Source: a virus (lineage: Duplodnaviria > Caudoviricetes). From it: a DNA stretch of 56,698 bases. Of this stretch, positions 47,501 through 56,698 are shown piece by piece; position 1 is the stretch's first letter, and every line of letters begins with the position of its first letter. The notes beneath the pieces were generated by a model that ran no database searches, was not told where the DNA came from, and was given only the letters and a program-made list of their open reading frames with translations. Location of the stretch: the IMG/VR virus record IMGVR_UViG_3300021356_000020, positions 1 to 56,698 of that record, one strand, 5' to 3'. The position numbers and the translations under genes were made by a program.

Positions 47501-49718
47501 GAATATCTTCCAGTGAAGCATACATTCTCTGCCCGTCATAAGGACTTTCATCAATTTCTATGTATCTTTCACTATAGAACTTTAAAAACTGTCTCCATGC
47601 ATCATACGATATTGAAACTGCTCTTAGCTCCGCTTCTGTTGCTACATAATAATTACCTACTCCAATAGCATCTAAACCAGTAGCGTCTAGCATAATCTGT
47701 TGATAAGAACCAAATCCAACAGGAATTGTAACGGCATTTTTACCAAGAAGTCCGTAGAATGGTAGTATCTGCTGCTTTAAAGATGTCTCAAGACTCCACT
47801 GCTCAGACATAGCTTTGAGATATCCGTTACTCTTACCGGACTTATATTTTAAAAATTCATTTTTCCCTCTATCTTTATTTGCCGAGAAAGCAACCATGTC
47901 AACTTTCTGTGCGCCAGCTATGAATCTGTCAGTAGTTTCATTAGATAGATTAAACCCGATATTTTGGTTTTCTAGCAGAACACCTCTTTTCTCTAAGGAA
48001 TCAATATAGTCTTTAACGGCCCCATAGTTCGGTTGCTTTGTTTTGTCAACAGCATCAACTCTAATTATACCAGTTATAACTTCGGAGTACTTACCTTGCC
48101 TCATTTTCTTCTGGTTATAATTATATAGAAATCTAGTTGATCTAGAGTCTATAATCGGCAATAATGAAATGTAATAATCATGACTGATTGCTTCTGTTAC
48201 TTCTTTTATAAAAGAGAGTAAATCCATCTGATTATATTCTAGAAAATAACCTACCGGAATTTTATCTACCGGTAAACCGCTAAGATCAACAACGTATTTA
48301 TATCCCCTGAAGTCTATAGGACCGCCAAAACCAGCGTTTTCATATTCATCTGGTAGAATACCATTATAAGAAAACAAAGCTTCTAGCGCTTGATAAACCC
48401 TGTAGAATGGTATGCCTTGTTCGCATCTTCTAGAGAAACCCTGACCAGTGATAGGAAACCAAGCTGGGCTTGATAGGTATGGAGGTGGATCTGGTATATT
48501 TATATCATCTGGCGTAGTGATAACAGGCGGCGTAAAGCGGTGCATATCTATACCAGAAGCAAAAACATGAGCGTTATTACCGCTAAATAAAGAAGAAAGA
48601 AAACTACCATCTTCTGGAACTCTATTTGGATTAGCGTCTCCAGCAAATATAAAACCATTCTTTTCTTCAACGTCAAACTTGTCATACTTAATTCCACCAA
48701 GAACACCAAATAGTGGGTTCTTCTGATTGCTGTCGGGTGGTAGAAACGGTCTGTCATCTCTGTATAATTTTGTTCTATCTAAATACCTAATATTTGTAAT
48801 ACCAAAAAGTGAGTTCTGAAGCGTTTCAGATGGGTCATACTCAAGAAATCCGTACACATTAATCATATTTTTATTATTAAAGGTCGTTTCTTGATAATCA
48901 TTGAGAATCAAGGTGACGTTACTTAGAATTTCTCTTGGGTCTGCTACTGAAACGCGAAATGTATTAGAGGTTCCTTTGGAATGATTAACACTGCTAAGAA
49001 TACCGCCAAATACAAAGTGATCCCAACCTCTAGTTTTATCTGCAAAAAGATCAGCCGCTCTAGCGCCTTTATATTTCCCGTCACTATATTTATCTGGAGA
49101 AAAACTACTCTTGTCTATAATAGTATATTCATCTTTTTCTTCGTATACGTCTTGGTCGTTTAAGACGGGGGCGTTTGGATCTGCTGGATCAATAACAACA
49201 TACTGATTTTCTTTTAGTTCTTTAAGCCCACCTTCTGCTGTTTCTGTTTTAGTTACTATATTCGGTAAATCAAAATCTCCATATGTATTGTAGTAAGTCT
49301 TTCTCCAAGCCTGATCTACAGTAGCATAATTCTTTCCAAACTTAAAGAACACTGGCGCACCAACTATTGGCGGATTGAATTGATCGCCCTGTCCACTATG
49401 ATAAACGTCATCGCCAGAACCAAGAAAAGTGCCATCAGCTAAGTTATATTCATCGTGAACAAGCTGTACATCAAGGGTCGTAGTGGTATCCCCAAATCCA
49501 GCGCTAATATTAAAACTAGATATACTGGCACCGAGAAATGTTTGCTGTTGAAAACCTTCGTTGCCCTTGGTCCATCCAGCAGCGGATATTTTACCTTGAA
49601 AACCAGCCGTTAAAACTGGATCAATCTGACCTTCATAAGTCGTTCCAGAAGGCCAAGTAGAACCTAATACGCCCGTTGTGCTAACTACGGAGTAATGATC
49701 TTGTGTTAAATCTGCCAT
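44529..49718 (-). CDS. very large putative virion/tail protein (1729 aa)
   Basis: Uninterrupted ORF in the structural-like block; no enzyme motif recognised. Confidence 0.65.
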   Translation of the reverse strand: MADLTQDHYSVVSTTGVLGSTWPSGTTYEGQIDPVLTAGFQGKISAAGWTKGNEGFQQQTFLGASISSFNISAGFGDTTTTLDVQLVHDEYNLADGTFLGSGDDVYHSGQGDQFNPPIVGAPVFFKFGKNYATVDQAWRKTYYNTYGDFDLPNIVTKTETAEGGLKELKENQYVVIDPADPNAPVLNDQDVYEEKDEYTIIDKSSFSPDKYSDGKYKGARAADLFADKTRGWDHFVFGGILSSVNHSKGTSNTFRVSVADPREILSNVTLILNDYQETTFNNKNMINVYGFLEYDPSETLQNSLFGITNIRYLDRTKLYRDDRPFLPPDSNQKNPLFGVLGGIKYDKFDVEEKNGFIFAGDANPNRVPEDGSFLSSLFSGNNAHVFASGIDMHRFTPPVITTPDDINIPDPPPYLSSPAWFPITGQGFSRRCEQGIPFYRVYQALEALFSYNGILPDEYENAGFGGPIDFRGYKYVVDLSGLPVDKIPVGYFLEYNQMDLLSFIKEVTEAISHDYYISLLPIIDSRSTRFLYNYNQKKMRQGKYSEVITGIIRVDAVDKTKQPNYGAVKDYIDSLEKRGVLLENQNIGFNLSNETTDRFIAGAQKVDMVAFSANKDRGKNEFLKYKSGKSNGYLKAMSEQWSLETSLKQQILPFYGLLGKNAVTIPVGFGSYQQIMLDATGLDAIGVGNYYVATEAELRAVSISYDAWRQFLKFYSERYIEIDESPYDGQRMYASLEDILFQSSDQYSFEKQVGDNPRVSVIVPRCVFNSDKPYMNDEGLPASPCSPPYGYPLYYKRLQALGVEGGGYVDIAKTFQSLASRRNKLKAEVDNDPLTVYRKDLEENFGGDYDKLKKKLLADIRRKYGLSGGGENLSDMVNSDSGFSDKPRTIKEAIRKEIINVGAIITDLKNSQSDPKRAQVNAIDDWRSRNVTSFTEAKVKSLAAMKNAQKVYNFLKKAADNLGKRFLVKIPKKSNLNYKMFISPKGLVAGNGSYVDSGPFGFSPVKTGASWFKFLKDYGGQVPDIHEMDTEIYHHYLDEISPKELMKFRYRDGALRCSYNLFDNFWEYNYKPEPQGGFFDWDLHVSSSSYTDLGLCPKEPSKFVTGGRISPFVRVDNSQFYNFEKIPSEDIIQEIQTPKGRVPDFINETDNLGEYDLLNLYPPDQAAQIQKDKKPAVAFIKCEVEEKLYMPPQIVVEKGLNNAGIKVFGEDYIWPENFNGFDMKQEQEMKVELKAPILNVFHPGCRQFYDFSKAPAEYNPDLFKPARKSDIQNWRDKQGGYKGKKLKSMYDFKRYDFYDKLGNPLPKVGYTFGDAPNNILTEDKYLGSDHVYALITLPGAISTNVDAFYLENAKGQNSPIFTASFLHKDTVKYVPSLMSPPPATFISEVNKIKLRVGEKPQNAFGLANPEMKMASQAPSPVYPDLVVLPMMSMERTYGPWISAGSISGDSDTGFTGGFPNIGGKVEFIKDEGLAPWNYGGYEELNTAALFKANFSNSLLLFAEGGSFTIPDAPLGLNIGQALLSSGPLVTSIAVSISDSIKTTISMDLYANSFGKLRKSQEEAFSKLTRDRQKQVDERNALMRKGIAKSRNYAENFSAGDAAQKLQDNFDNFMAQKANSLESKNTVYTNLVFSADEQDFEVLESGVETGGAALKEKREYYSAVSLQHEGYLEQAEDNVDSFNDLNLKRQRTAGDSLNNIFIGFDNSVYNPFMPNVDYNPKSAIQKRTRF

Positions 49719-49727
49719 TCCTTTTTC

Positions 49728-50339
49728 CTATTTTTTCTTGTAATAAGGACTCTGAGGGATAAAGCCTAATCCGAATGTATTCGTTACTGGATTTGTTGCC
49801 TGATTGCCATAATCAGAAAGATAATTAATATAAACACCCCTAAGATACTTTCCTTTTTCATTATTGATAAACATAGTCTCATCTGGAGAATAGTATATCA
49901 TTGGATTAAAATTTCCAATATCATCATTCTCTAAGACTCCGGGACCAAAAAACTGACCAGATATTGACCAGTCTTGTCTTTCTTTTCCTATTCCTCCGGG
50001 TCTTTTTGATCCAGCCCAAACATGATGCGCGTTAGAGAAGTTACCTTTTTCATTGTCGTAATGAAATATTCCAGATTCTCTAGTCTCGTCAAATGAGTAA
50101 TCATCAGGACCACTTGTTTGAAGCGTTCCCGAAGTTTCAAATGGAAAATCACTTGGATCAGGAAATTTATAATTTATACCAGATCCATCATTGTAACTAA
50201 AATCTTGTGCAAAGTCGAAAAAGTTAGAATCTCCAGAGGGCAAAAACTGGCCGCTAGAAATAACTTTATCTCCTGACGCTAAGTAGTAGTACTGTACGCC
50301 ATCCTCATCTACACCGCTAGATCTTGTATATTGCTTCAT
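49728..50339 (-). CDS. Ser-Gly-rich hypothetical protein
   Basis: ATGA overlap with upstream gene; 9 SG dipeptides in 203 aa. Confidence 0.65.
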   Translation of the reverse strand: MKQYTRSSGVDEDGVQYYYLASGDKVISSGQFLPSGDSNFFDFAQDFSYNDGSGINYKFPDPSDFPFETSGTLQTSGPDDYSFDETRESGIFHYDNEKGNFSNAHHVWAGSKRPGGIGKERQDWSISGQFFGPGVLENDDIGNFNPMIYYSPDETMFINNEKGKYLRGVYINYLSDYGNQATNPVTNTFGLGFIPQSPYYKKK

Positions 50340-52210
50340 TTATCTAACTCGTATGTCCAAGAAAGATTAAAACTATATTGACCATTTTTTGGATTCCAAG
50401 TTTCTGACGGGGGTGCGCAAAAATATTTTCTAACTCCCGGCTCATTCGCTGGACTAAGCTCTGTTAATAGTTCGTGAAGCTGTCCTGCCATTGGTTGAAC
50501 CACACTTGGTTTTTTCAATAACAGTGGATTTCTACTGCTCCCATAAGGAACCTTGGTATAATCCAATGTAAGATTGATAGATACATCTCTTTTGTATTCT
50601 GTTCTATTTCCCATGTATTGTAAAACTGGGCCGGTTTGTCTACCGATAACCGGAATAGTTGCGAAGACATCTCCGGGATGAGTATCGTTAACCGTAATCT
50701 GCTCATTTAACACGCCAGAGATGATATTGGTTGGTCTATTGTCAAACTGAAGACTGTAGTTTAAGTCTCCGGTCTGTTGGTTAGAACCAATGGTTATAGA
50801 CTTAGGCTGAGAATTTAACTGAACGGCAACGGCATTGTTTACTCGTTTAAATACATCGCAACCTAATCCAAATTGACCATTGTTTGATATTTCGTTGTAT
50901 TTTTTAATTGCGTTGTGATATGCGGTGTGTTCTAATAGCGGATTGTCTGCTTGGTATGGATAATCATCTGTTGGTGCATAGCCGTATCCACTTGGGGTTA
51001 TTTGTGACAAGCCTTTAATCTGACCGTCTAAGTTTACACTTACAAACGGGGCGTCAATAGACGACGTAATATTTAAATTGAATGTTTCCAATGCGGTCCC
51101 ACTCGCAACAATCCAAGTCTCTGTGCAACTGTAAGTTCCATCATGTTCGCTGCACTGTTCGGTTCTGACGTGATTATAACCTTGATACTGTTCGATTAGA
51201 TTTAAACACCCGCTACCTATCGTACTAGGAATGTTTCGGTAGTTTTCTTTAAGTCCAGTAAATGGATCATCTACTTGTTTAGCTTGAACATATTTCTTTG
51301 CTTGCTCCCAAGCCTTTTGTTCTCCATCTGGTCCGTAGTGCGTTTTTCCGGTTGCAGATAGATTATGAGTAATTCTGTAAGTTCTAGGTAAAAATGCGTA
51401 AGGTTCATACGTACTAACTTTTTCTGATTGTTGTTCATCTACTTCTATAGACCAGCTTTCTGTACACTGCTGTAAAAATAAACCATTATAATCATCAATT
51501 AACTGAGATTCTGTAATTCTACTTGCTTGAACTTCTGTTACCGGTAGTTCGCCTTTGGTTGCGTCCGCAAACCTGCTTGTACCACTTGCTCTTATTAAAT
51601 CTGTAGACTCATGCTTCAAAAAAGCGGCGTGTAGTCCTTCGTGATCAACTTTATTATATTGATCAAGAAGAATATCTGCTTCTAATGTTATCGTATACTT
51701 ACATCTATTAATATAATATGTGTCATCTTCAAAATCTATAGAAGTGACCCTTGGATAACAAACTATACTAGCCGCATCGTCGTCCCAGTCTGTAATTTCT
51801 AGTCTCTGACCATCTCTATGAAACAAGGCGCGTAGAGCCTTTTGTTTGAATTGAATGGCTTGATATTCCGCCTGCTTCTCAACAAACTGAACGGGTGGCC
51901 TACCACCATTTGGCGCACCGTCATAATGACTAATATTATTATCGAAAGCGCCGTAAGGACCAACAAAAACAGGATCTTCTTGGTCTATATCTGGAGGTAA
52001 AAACCTAATCTTTCCGTCAATTTCATACGCTTCATCTCTAGCATATGGCGTACCTCTATCAGAGATTAAAGTCCCCTGAAGAGTGATTGAATAGGTAACG
52101 CCGTAAGCTTTTCCAGCCCCGTCTTTCTGAATGTTTGTAGATATAGTGTACACTGGAGATGGTCTCAGCGTACAATTATCTGAATTATTGTAGCTAACTC
52201 TAACAGGCAT
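50336..52210 (-). CDS. putative virion structural protein (624 aa)
   Basis: Repeated beta-strand pattern (YSITLQG, YTITLEA, YSCTETW, YSFNLSW). Confidence 0.6.
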   Translation of the reverse strand: MPVRVSYNNSDNCTLRPSPVYTISTNIQKDGAGKAYGVTYSITLQGTLISDRGTPYARDEAYEIDGKIRFLPPDIDQEDPVFVGPYGAFDNNISHYDGAPNGGRPPVQFVEKQAEYQAIQFKQKALRALFHRDGQRLEITDWDDDAASIVCYPRVTSIDFEDDTYYINRCKYTITLEADILLDQYNKVDHEGLHAAFLKHESTDLIRASGTSRFADATKGELPVTEVQASRITESQLIDDYNGLFLQQCTESWSIEVDEQQSEKVSTYEPYAFLPRTYRITHNLSATGKTHYGPDGEQKAWEQAKKYVQAKQVDDPFTGLKENYRNIPSTIGSGCLNLIEQYQGYNHVRTEQCSEHDGTYSCTETWIVASGTALETFNLNITSSIDAPFVSVNLDGQIKGLSQITPSGYGYAPTDDYPYQADNPLLEHTAYHNAIKKYNEISNNGQFGLGCDVFKRVNNAVAVQLNSQPKSITIGSNQQTGDLNYSLQFDNRPTNIISGVLNEQITVNDTHPGDVFATIPVIGRQTGPVLQYMGNRTEYKRDVSINLTLDYTKVPYGSSRNPLLLKKPSVVQPMAGQLHELLTELSPANEPGVRKYFCAPPSETWNPKNGQYSFNLSWTYELDK

Positions 52211-55200
52211 TATTTACCCCTTATCCTTAGTTTTAGTTGCTCATTCATATCTAAATCGTGACCTTCAGTTAAAAAGCCCATAACGCCACTGGAGAATCCA
52301 TGACCAGAACCTAATAATTGGAACAAATTACCACTTGCTGAATATGCGTTTTCTGTAACAAATCCTATACTATTATACACGATTGCACTGTCTGCCCCAA
52401 GAATTGAGACGGGCATAATTGCGCTAGCTTCAACAGGTTTTCCTGCGGTAATAAGTCTGAGTGTATTTTCATCCTCCGTTCCAGATAATAATTCACCAAT
52501 AGCCGAGTGGATATAAGGTCTTTGTCCAACAAAACCTTGGTCAGAAGGATCGTATCCAGACACCTCTAAGAATAACTCTCCGTCCATATTTGCGTAGATA
52601 ATCCCGCTAACTCTGTAGGTAACAGAAGGACCAGTTTCATTCTGATAGAATACGCCGGATAAAATATCCTGCTCTTCGCCAACCTGCAATCCGTATAATC
52701 TAGGGGAGATATAACTACCCGGATTTGGAATATTATTAGGCTGTTTTCTTAACATCGCGTCATAAGTGTATGCCGCACCCGCTCCAGAAGCAGCAGAAGA
52801 AATATGGTTTCCGCTGGTTGGGAACTGGTGGTTAATAGCACCCACAACAGATGTGTAATCGCTGTCGCCACGTTTAGCTCTGTCAATCGCAACTGCATAT
52901 CCAAAGAAATCATTCTCAGTGCCACTACTGGTCGGAGACCCTTGTTTTCTTTGTTCATATCCCTGAGATACAATTTTTTGAGCAAACTCCCAATTCTTAG
53001 ATTGGTTTAAGATATTTTGATTCAAATGCTTAAAGGTGTAAGCAGCGCCGTGGTTAAGAACCATTGTGCCGCTTTGGTTATCAAATGTGTCAACTCTTGT
53101 TCCAGAAGGACCAAGGTCATAGAATTTATGATCAGGAATCTCAAATGACGAAGTAAATTCTTTTCTCAAGAAAGCTGAAGTTCCGCTATAGATATGCTCA
53201 TGAACAATCTCAAAATCATGACAAGGAGCGCCAACTATCAAAAAGTCAGAATCAATGGAAACAGAATGTCCAAACATGTCACCTCTATAGGCGTGATTAA
53301 GAGCAAAATCATCAGACAATCCATGATTGCCTTTAATAGCTGTAACGTCACCGCTAGTTGCGTCATCTATACCAATGTTTAAACTTTCTGTAGGTTTTAT
53401 TTTCTGCTTAAATTCCCAAGGTAGGAATTGTGACACAGCGTTAGTACCCCTTCCGGTTCTTTCGTAGTAGAATACTGCTCCAGCTCCACCTCTGCCGCTT
53501 AACTTCAGTGTAGAATCAAGGTTATTTTGATCGTAAGAGTCAGACACTCCCGACCAAGTTACCACATCTGAATCATTGAAGGCGTTGAATGGAGTACCAA
53601 CTACTAGCTTGTTTTCATGAATATCTAGAGACCAACCAAATAAATCTCCAACATAGCCAGATTCAAGAGCTTCAAAGTCAATATAGTCATAGCCTTTTTG
53701 CTCCATGAATTTAGAAATACCACCCTTGATATTTGTGTCTACATAATGATCAATGTCGCCCTTTTCTGGATTGTAGAAGTTACCACTGAATCTTGGATAA
53801 GTTCCAAATTCAGTCATGACATCTTCACCAAATTTTTCAATCTCTTGCTTGATCTTAGCAGCTTCTTTAGGTGTAAATCTTCTATAGACATCGTTTAAGA
53901 CATATGTATCTTCTTGATCCGTGTAGAGATCTAATTGGCCCGCATTTCCATTTAATCCAAACCTGTCTACTAAGTACTGATTACCTGAAGCGGCGAAGAA
54001 CTTAGCTGGACTTCCTTTTTCTGGCGCGCGCAACTTTTGCTTAAATTCAAACAAAGTACCCTTAGCTGATGGTTGCTCTCGATCAGAGTAACTAAGAATG
54101 TTCTCAGGTGTTGCAGGATAAAGACTTCTAATCAGTCTAACATTTGGGTCTTCAAACTTGCTTCTGTATTGATAGTTAAATCCTTGAACCATTGAAGAGT
54201 CTGTAATCAGAACAATTCTTGATCTTCTAGCACCAACGTCGAAATTGGTGAAATGTTCAAGCTCGTCAGCAACAATAACTGGACCATCTTCAACATCTAA
54301 ATCTTGACTTAATTCATCGCATATGTCAGCATTAGGGTTGCAATACTTAACATGATTAGTTGAAATAGGTCTAAATTTCGGTGGCACTTCAATGATTCTT
54401 TCGGGAGTTGACCAAGGTACACCAGAACATTCAGTAATGTAAATCTTCTTTTCTCTTTTTCTGGTATTAGTAATTAGCTCTTCTTCTATCGGCAGAAGAT
54501 AACCAGAGACAGCTAATACTCTTGGGGTAAGAGGTAAAGCGCCGTTTAGATCCTCATTCTTAATTACCCTCCATTCATTTGTATCAAGGGAGAATGATAT
54601 TGACTCTTTACCATCTTTCACCCTAACATCAAAGAAAGTTTGACTTGGGGCGAAGGTATTTGTTTTTTCAAGATACTTACTAGCAGCTTCACCAGCGAAA
54701 GAACTTTCTCCATCTGGCTCTGGAGATGGGATCGCAGTGCTAGTATCCAAGTCCATAGATATTCTATACTTTTCTTGGTCACTTTCTGATACCCATTTGA
54801 CAAAGATTCTGTAGCCAGAGTTTGCTATAGCTGGGAATGTTATATTAGATTGACCATCTATTCTCCATAAAGTATCTGGAGTTGACCAGAATGTTTCGTA
54901 GATAGGATCATTAAACGTAACAACCTTAGAGCTATCTTCATGTACGTTAATTGGTATATAAGCGTATTCGTTATACCCGTCACCAAATGGATCAAACTCA
55001 TTTAGGTCAAGACTTATCGGGCTAGCGGCTTCAGGAATCATTGAAAGTTTATCAATTTTTGTTGGCTTATTAATTGTAGATCCAACCCAAGTGTATCCTT
55101 CTGGACAACCTTTTATTACGTCATTTTCTTTGTTTAGAATTTGTGGTCTATCTTCTTCTGGTAAACCGTCACTAATTGGACAACAATCTGTAAGATTGGA

Positions 55201-56697
55201 ATCTTTAACAACCTCAGTAAACTGAACGTAATACTTACCTTCGCTTTCTACGTGATAAGGTTTAGTTTTTAATCCAAGTTTATCGCATGTGAGAGAAATT
55301 GCATGAGCAGAACTTTGCTTTCTGTCGTAAGTCATGACTATTTTCTTGTCTCCAAGACTTAGCCATTTTTTAATAACGCCAACTATATTATCTGGCATTT
55401 CTTCAACAGGGTTAGCTATCCATAGCAAACTAACATTTTCTGGAATGATTGTATCTTCTTCAATCTCCACGTTCGTTGTTACTACGTGTCCTTGATTTTC
55501 TAAAGCTCTTTTTATAACTGAATCTGAGAAAGCATCTTTGAACGATGTTCTACCAGTCCAACCACCAAGCTGATATATCTTAGCTCTCTCGTTACAGGAT
55601 GGCATAACCAAGTTATTGTAGAATACAATGTTCTGGTCTTTATTTCGAGGTTCTTTTGCTTGTTCTGGACTCAGGCCCATACTCCAAGCGTTTTCTGGAA
55701 CCAAAGATGCAATCAAGTAAACCAAAGATGTTTCTTCTTCCGAAAACTTTTCTTCAGATATGAATGGACTATCTGGATTTATAATTCTCTTCTCTTTCTT
55801 AGACTCTCCAGCGTAGTCAGTACCAACACCCTGCAAGAACCCGTCTCTACCATTTTCTAGGGTTGGGTTAGCAAAGCCGGTTTTCGTGAAGTCGTCAAAC
55901 ACGCCATTAATATTATTGTTCAAGTCTTGTATATTAAATACAACGTCTCCAACATGATCTTGTGCGAACTTGTAGCTTATCCAAGAACTTGTAAATGTCT
56001 CCGTGATAATACCAGATAAAGATGTTGTGCATTTCTCATCTTCTCCAGATGCCGCTGGAATGATTCTAGACTTCTGTGGTGCGTATTCCGCTGCCGTCAA
56101 AACAGGAGTAATTTCTTCATCCGGTCTAACAACATATGGTTTAACAATTTCTGGGTAGAAATCGCATTGTTGTCCCGGATTCTCAGTGTCGAAATGGAAC
56201 GCCCAGTTCTCATAATATTCAACTTTTGTTGCGCACTCCGCTTCCCACTCAGATCTTAGGTCGCCCATATGCTCAATAGGTGGTATACATCTGTCATATT
56301 TTTTAGGGTCGCAAGGTGAGTAAATCTTTAGATCTTCAAGACCAAGATCAGATAGATCAATTCTAATATCCGCAACACCACTAGCGTACATGTTTTCTCT
56401 AATGGCATCAGAATTATGCACGTATTGAGGAAGGTGCGCTGGCGTTACGTTATATTTACGTTCTAAGACTTGATCAGCTGGGACACCTTGATATAGGGAT
56501 TCTTCCCTACTTCTAGCTGGAACGATTCTCATTCTACAGCCAAGTTTCTTTAAAATCTTGTTTATGATTTCATTAGACTCTTGGTAAAGCCTGTTTTCTT
56601 TCCAAACTGGGTCGTTTCCAACTAAGACTAAAGTTCTGTCACCGAGAGCCAACCAAGACTTAATATTATCTATAATCTCGTCACTAGCGGCATCAAT
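52210..56697 (-). CDS. giant protein with FG-GAP-like beta-propeller repeats (5' end lies beyond the window)
   Basis: DLFGWSLDI..LVVGTP, DMFGHSVSI..LIVGAP, DFFGYAVAI..VVGA, GAAYTF; frame stays open past 56652 to the window edge. Confidence 0.75.
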   Translation of the reverse strand: MDAASDEIIDNIKSWLALGDRTLVLVGNDPVWKENRLYQESNEIINKILKKLGCRMRIVPARSREESLYQGVPADQVLERKYNVTPAHLPQYVHNSDAIRENMYASGVADIRIDLSDLGLEDLKIYSPCDPKKYDRCIPPIEHMGDLRSEWEAECATKVEYYENWAFHFDTENPGQQCDFYPEIVKPYVVRPDEEITPVLTAAEYAPQKSRIIPAASGEDEKCTTSLSGIITETFTSSWISYKFAQDHVGDVVFNIQDLNNNINGVFDDFTKTGFANPTLENGRDGFLQGVGTDYAGESKKEKRIINPDSPFISEEKFSEEETSLVYLIASLVPENAWSMGLSPEQAKEPRNKDQNIVFYNNLVMPSCNERAKIYQLGGWTGRTSFKDAFSDSVIKRALENQGHVVTTNVEIEEDTIIPENVSLLWIANPVEEMPDNIVGVIKKWLSLGDKKIVMTYDRKQSSAHAISLTCDKLGLKTKPYHVESEGKYYVQFTEVVKDSNLTDCCPISDGLPEEDRPQILNKENDVIKGCPEGYTWVGSTINKPTKIDKLSMIPEAASPISLDLNEFDPFGDGYNEYAYIPINVHEDSSKVVTFNDPIYETFWSTPDTLWRIDGQSNITFPAIANSGYRIFVKWVSESDQEKYRISMDLDTSTAIPSPEPDGESSFAGEAASKYLEKTNTFAPSQTFFDVRVKDGKESISFSLDTNEWRVIKNEDLNGALPLTPRVLAVSGYLLPIEEELITNTRKREKKIYITECSGVPWSTPERIIEVPPKFRPISTNHVKYCNPNADICDELSQDLDVEDGPVIVADELEHFTNFDVGARRSRIVLITDSSMVQGFNYQYRSKFEDPNVRLIRSLYPATPENILSYSDREQPSAKGTLFEFKQKLRAPEKGSPAKFFAASGNQYLVDRFGLNGNAGQLDLYTDQEDTYVLNDVYRRFTPKEAAKIKQEIEKFGEDVMTEFGTYPRFSGNFYNPEKGDIDHYVDTNIKGGISKFMEQKGYDYIDFEALESGYVGDLFGWSLDIHENKLVVGTPFNAFNDSDVVTWSGVSDSYDQNNLDSTLKLSGRGGAGAVFYYERTGRGTNAVSQFLPWEFKQKIKPTESLNIGIDDATSGDVTAIKGNHGLSDDFALNHAYRGDMFGHSVSIDSDFLIVGAPCHDFEIVHEHIYSGTSAFLRKEFTSSFEIPDHKFYDLGPSGTRVDTFDNQSGTMVLNHGAAYTFKHLNQNILNQSKNWEFAQKIVSQGYEQRKQGSPTSSGTENDFFGYAVAIDRAKRGDSDYTSVVGAINHQFPTSGNHISSAASGAGAAYTYDAMLRKQPNNIPNPGSYISPRLYGLQVGEEQDILSGVFYQNETGPSVTYRVSGIIYANMDGELFLEVSGYDPSDQGFVGQRPYIHSAIGELLSGTEDENTLRLITAGKPVEASAIMPVSILGADSAIVYNSIGFVTENAYSASGNLFQLLGSGHGFSSGVMGFLTEGHDLDMNEQLKLRIRGK

Positions 56698-56698
56698 T

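Noticed and set aside
303-55860. Many short antisense or out-of-frame ORFs in the track
   Set aside because: They are nested within longer motif-bearing genes and are most likely shadow ORFs.
1-56698. tRNA/rRNA genes or stop-codon reassignment
   Set aside because: Intergenic gaps are explained by the arrays and promoters, with no cloverleaf seen. Genes are full length in the standard code and end in TAA, TAG and TGA.

Overview
AT-rich, densely coding segment of a large dsDNA (jumbo-type) bacteriophage genome. The two DUF1501-like Tat-signal genes suggest a Planctomycetota/PVC host (inference). The + strand (1-39.2 kb) has three parts. First, a replication/recombination block: PhoH, RecA, DnaB, DnaG, dNMP kinase, a Cas4-like nuclease, a DnaE split into two genes around a DEDDh exonuclease, and SSB. 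Second, host-like accessory genes: two DUF1501-like genes, a PAP2 phosphatase and UDP-galactopyranose mutase. Third, a ~14 kb glycosylation island. The - strand (39.3-56.7 kb) encodes very large, probably virion-associated proteins. The standout observation is a 73-nt structured RNA motif present in 8 copies in three tandem arrays (20850-21068, 37395-37639, 39072-39242). It shows compensatory base changes in four separate pairings, consistent with a double pseudoknot. Two arrays flank a stand-alone TnpB/Cas12-like RuvC gene whose RuvC-II/III catalytic residues look substituted. The third array has its own near-consensus sigma70 promoter and a terminator. This is a candidate undescribed phage RNA-protein system. 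All protein calls come from motif reading; no database searches were run.
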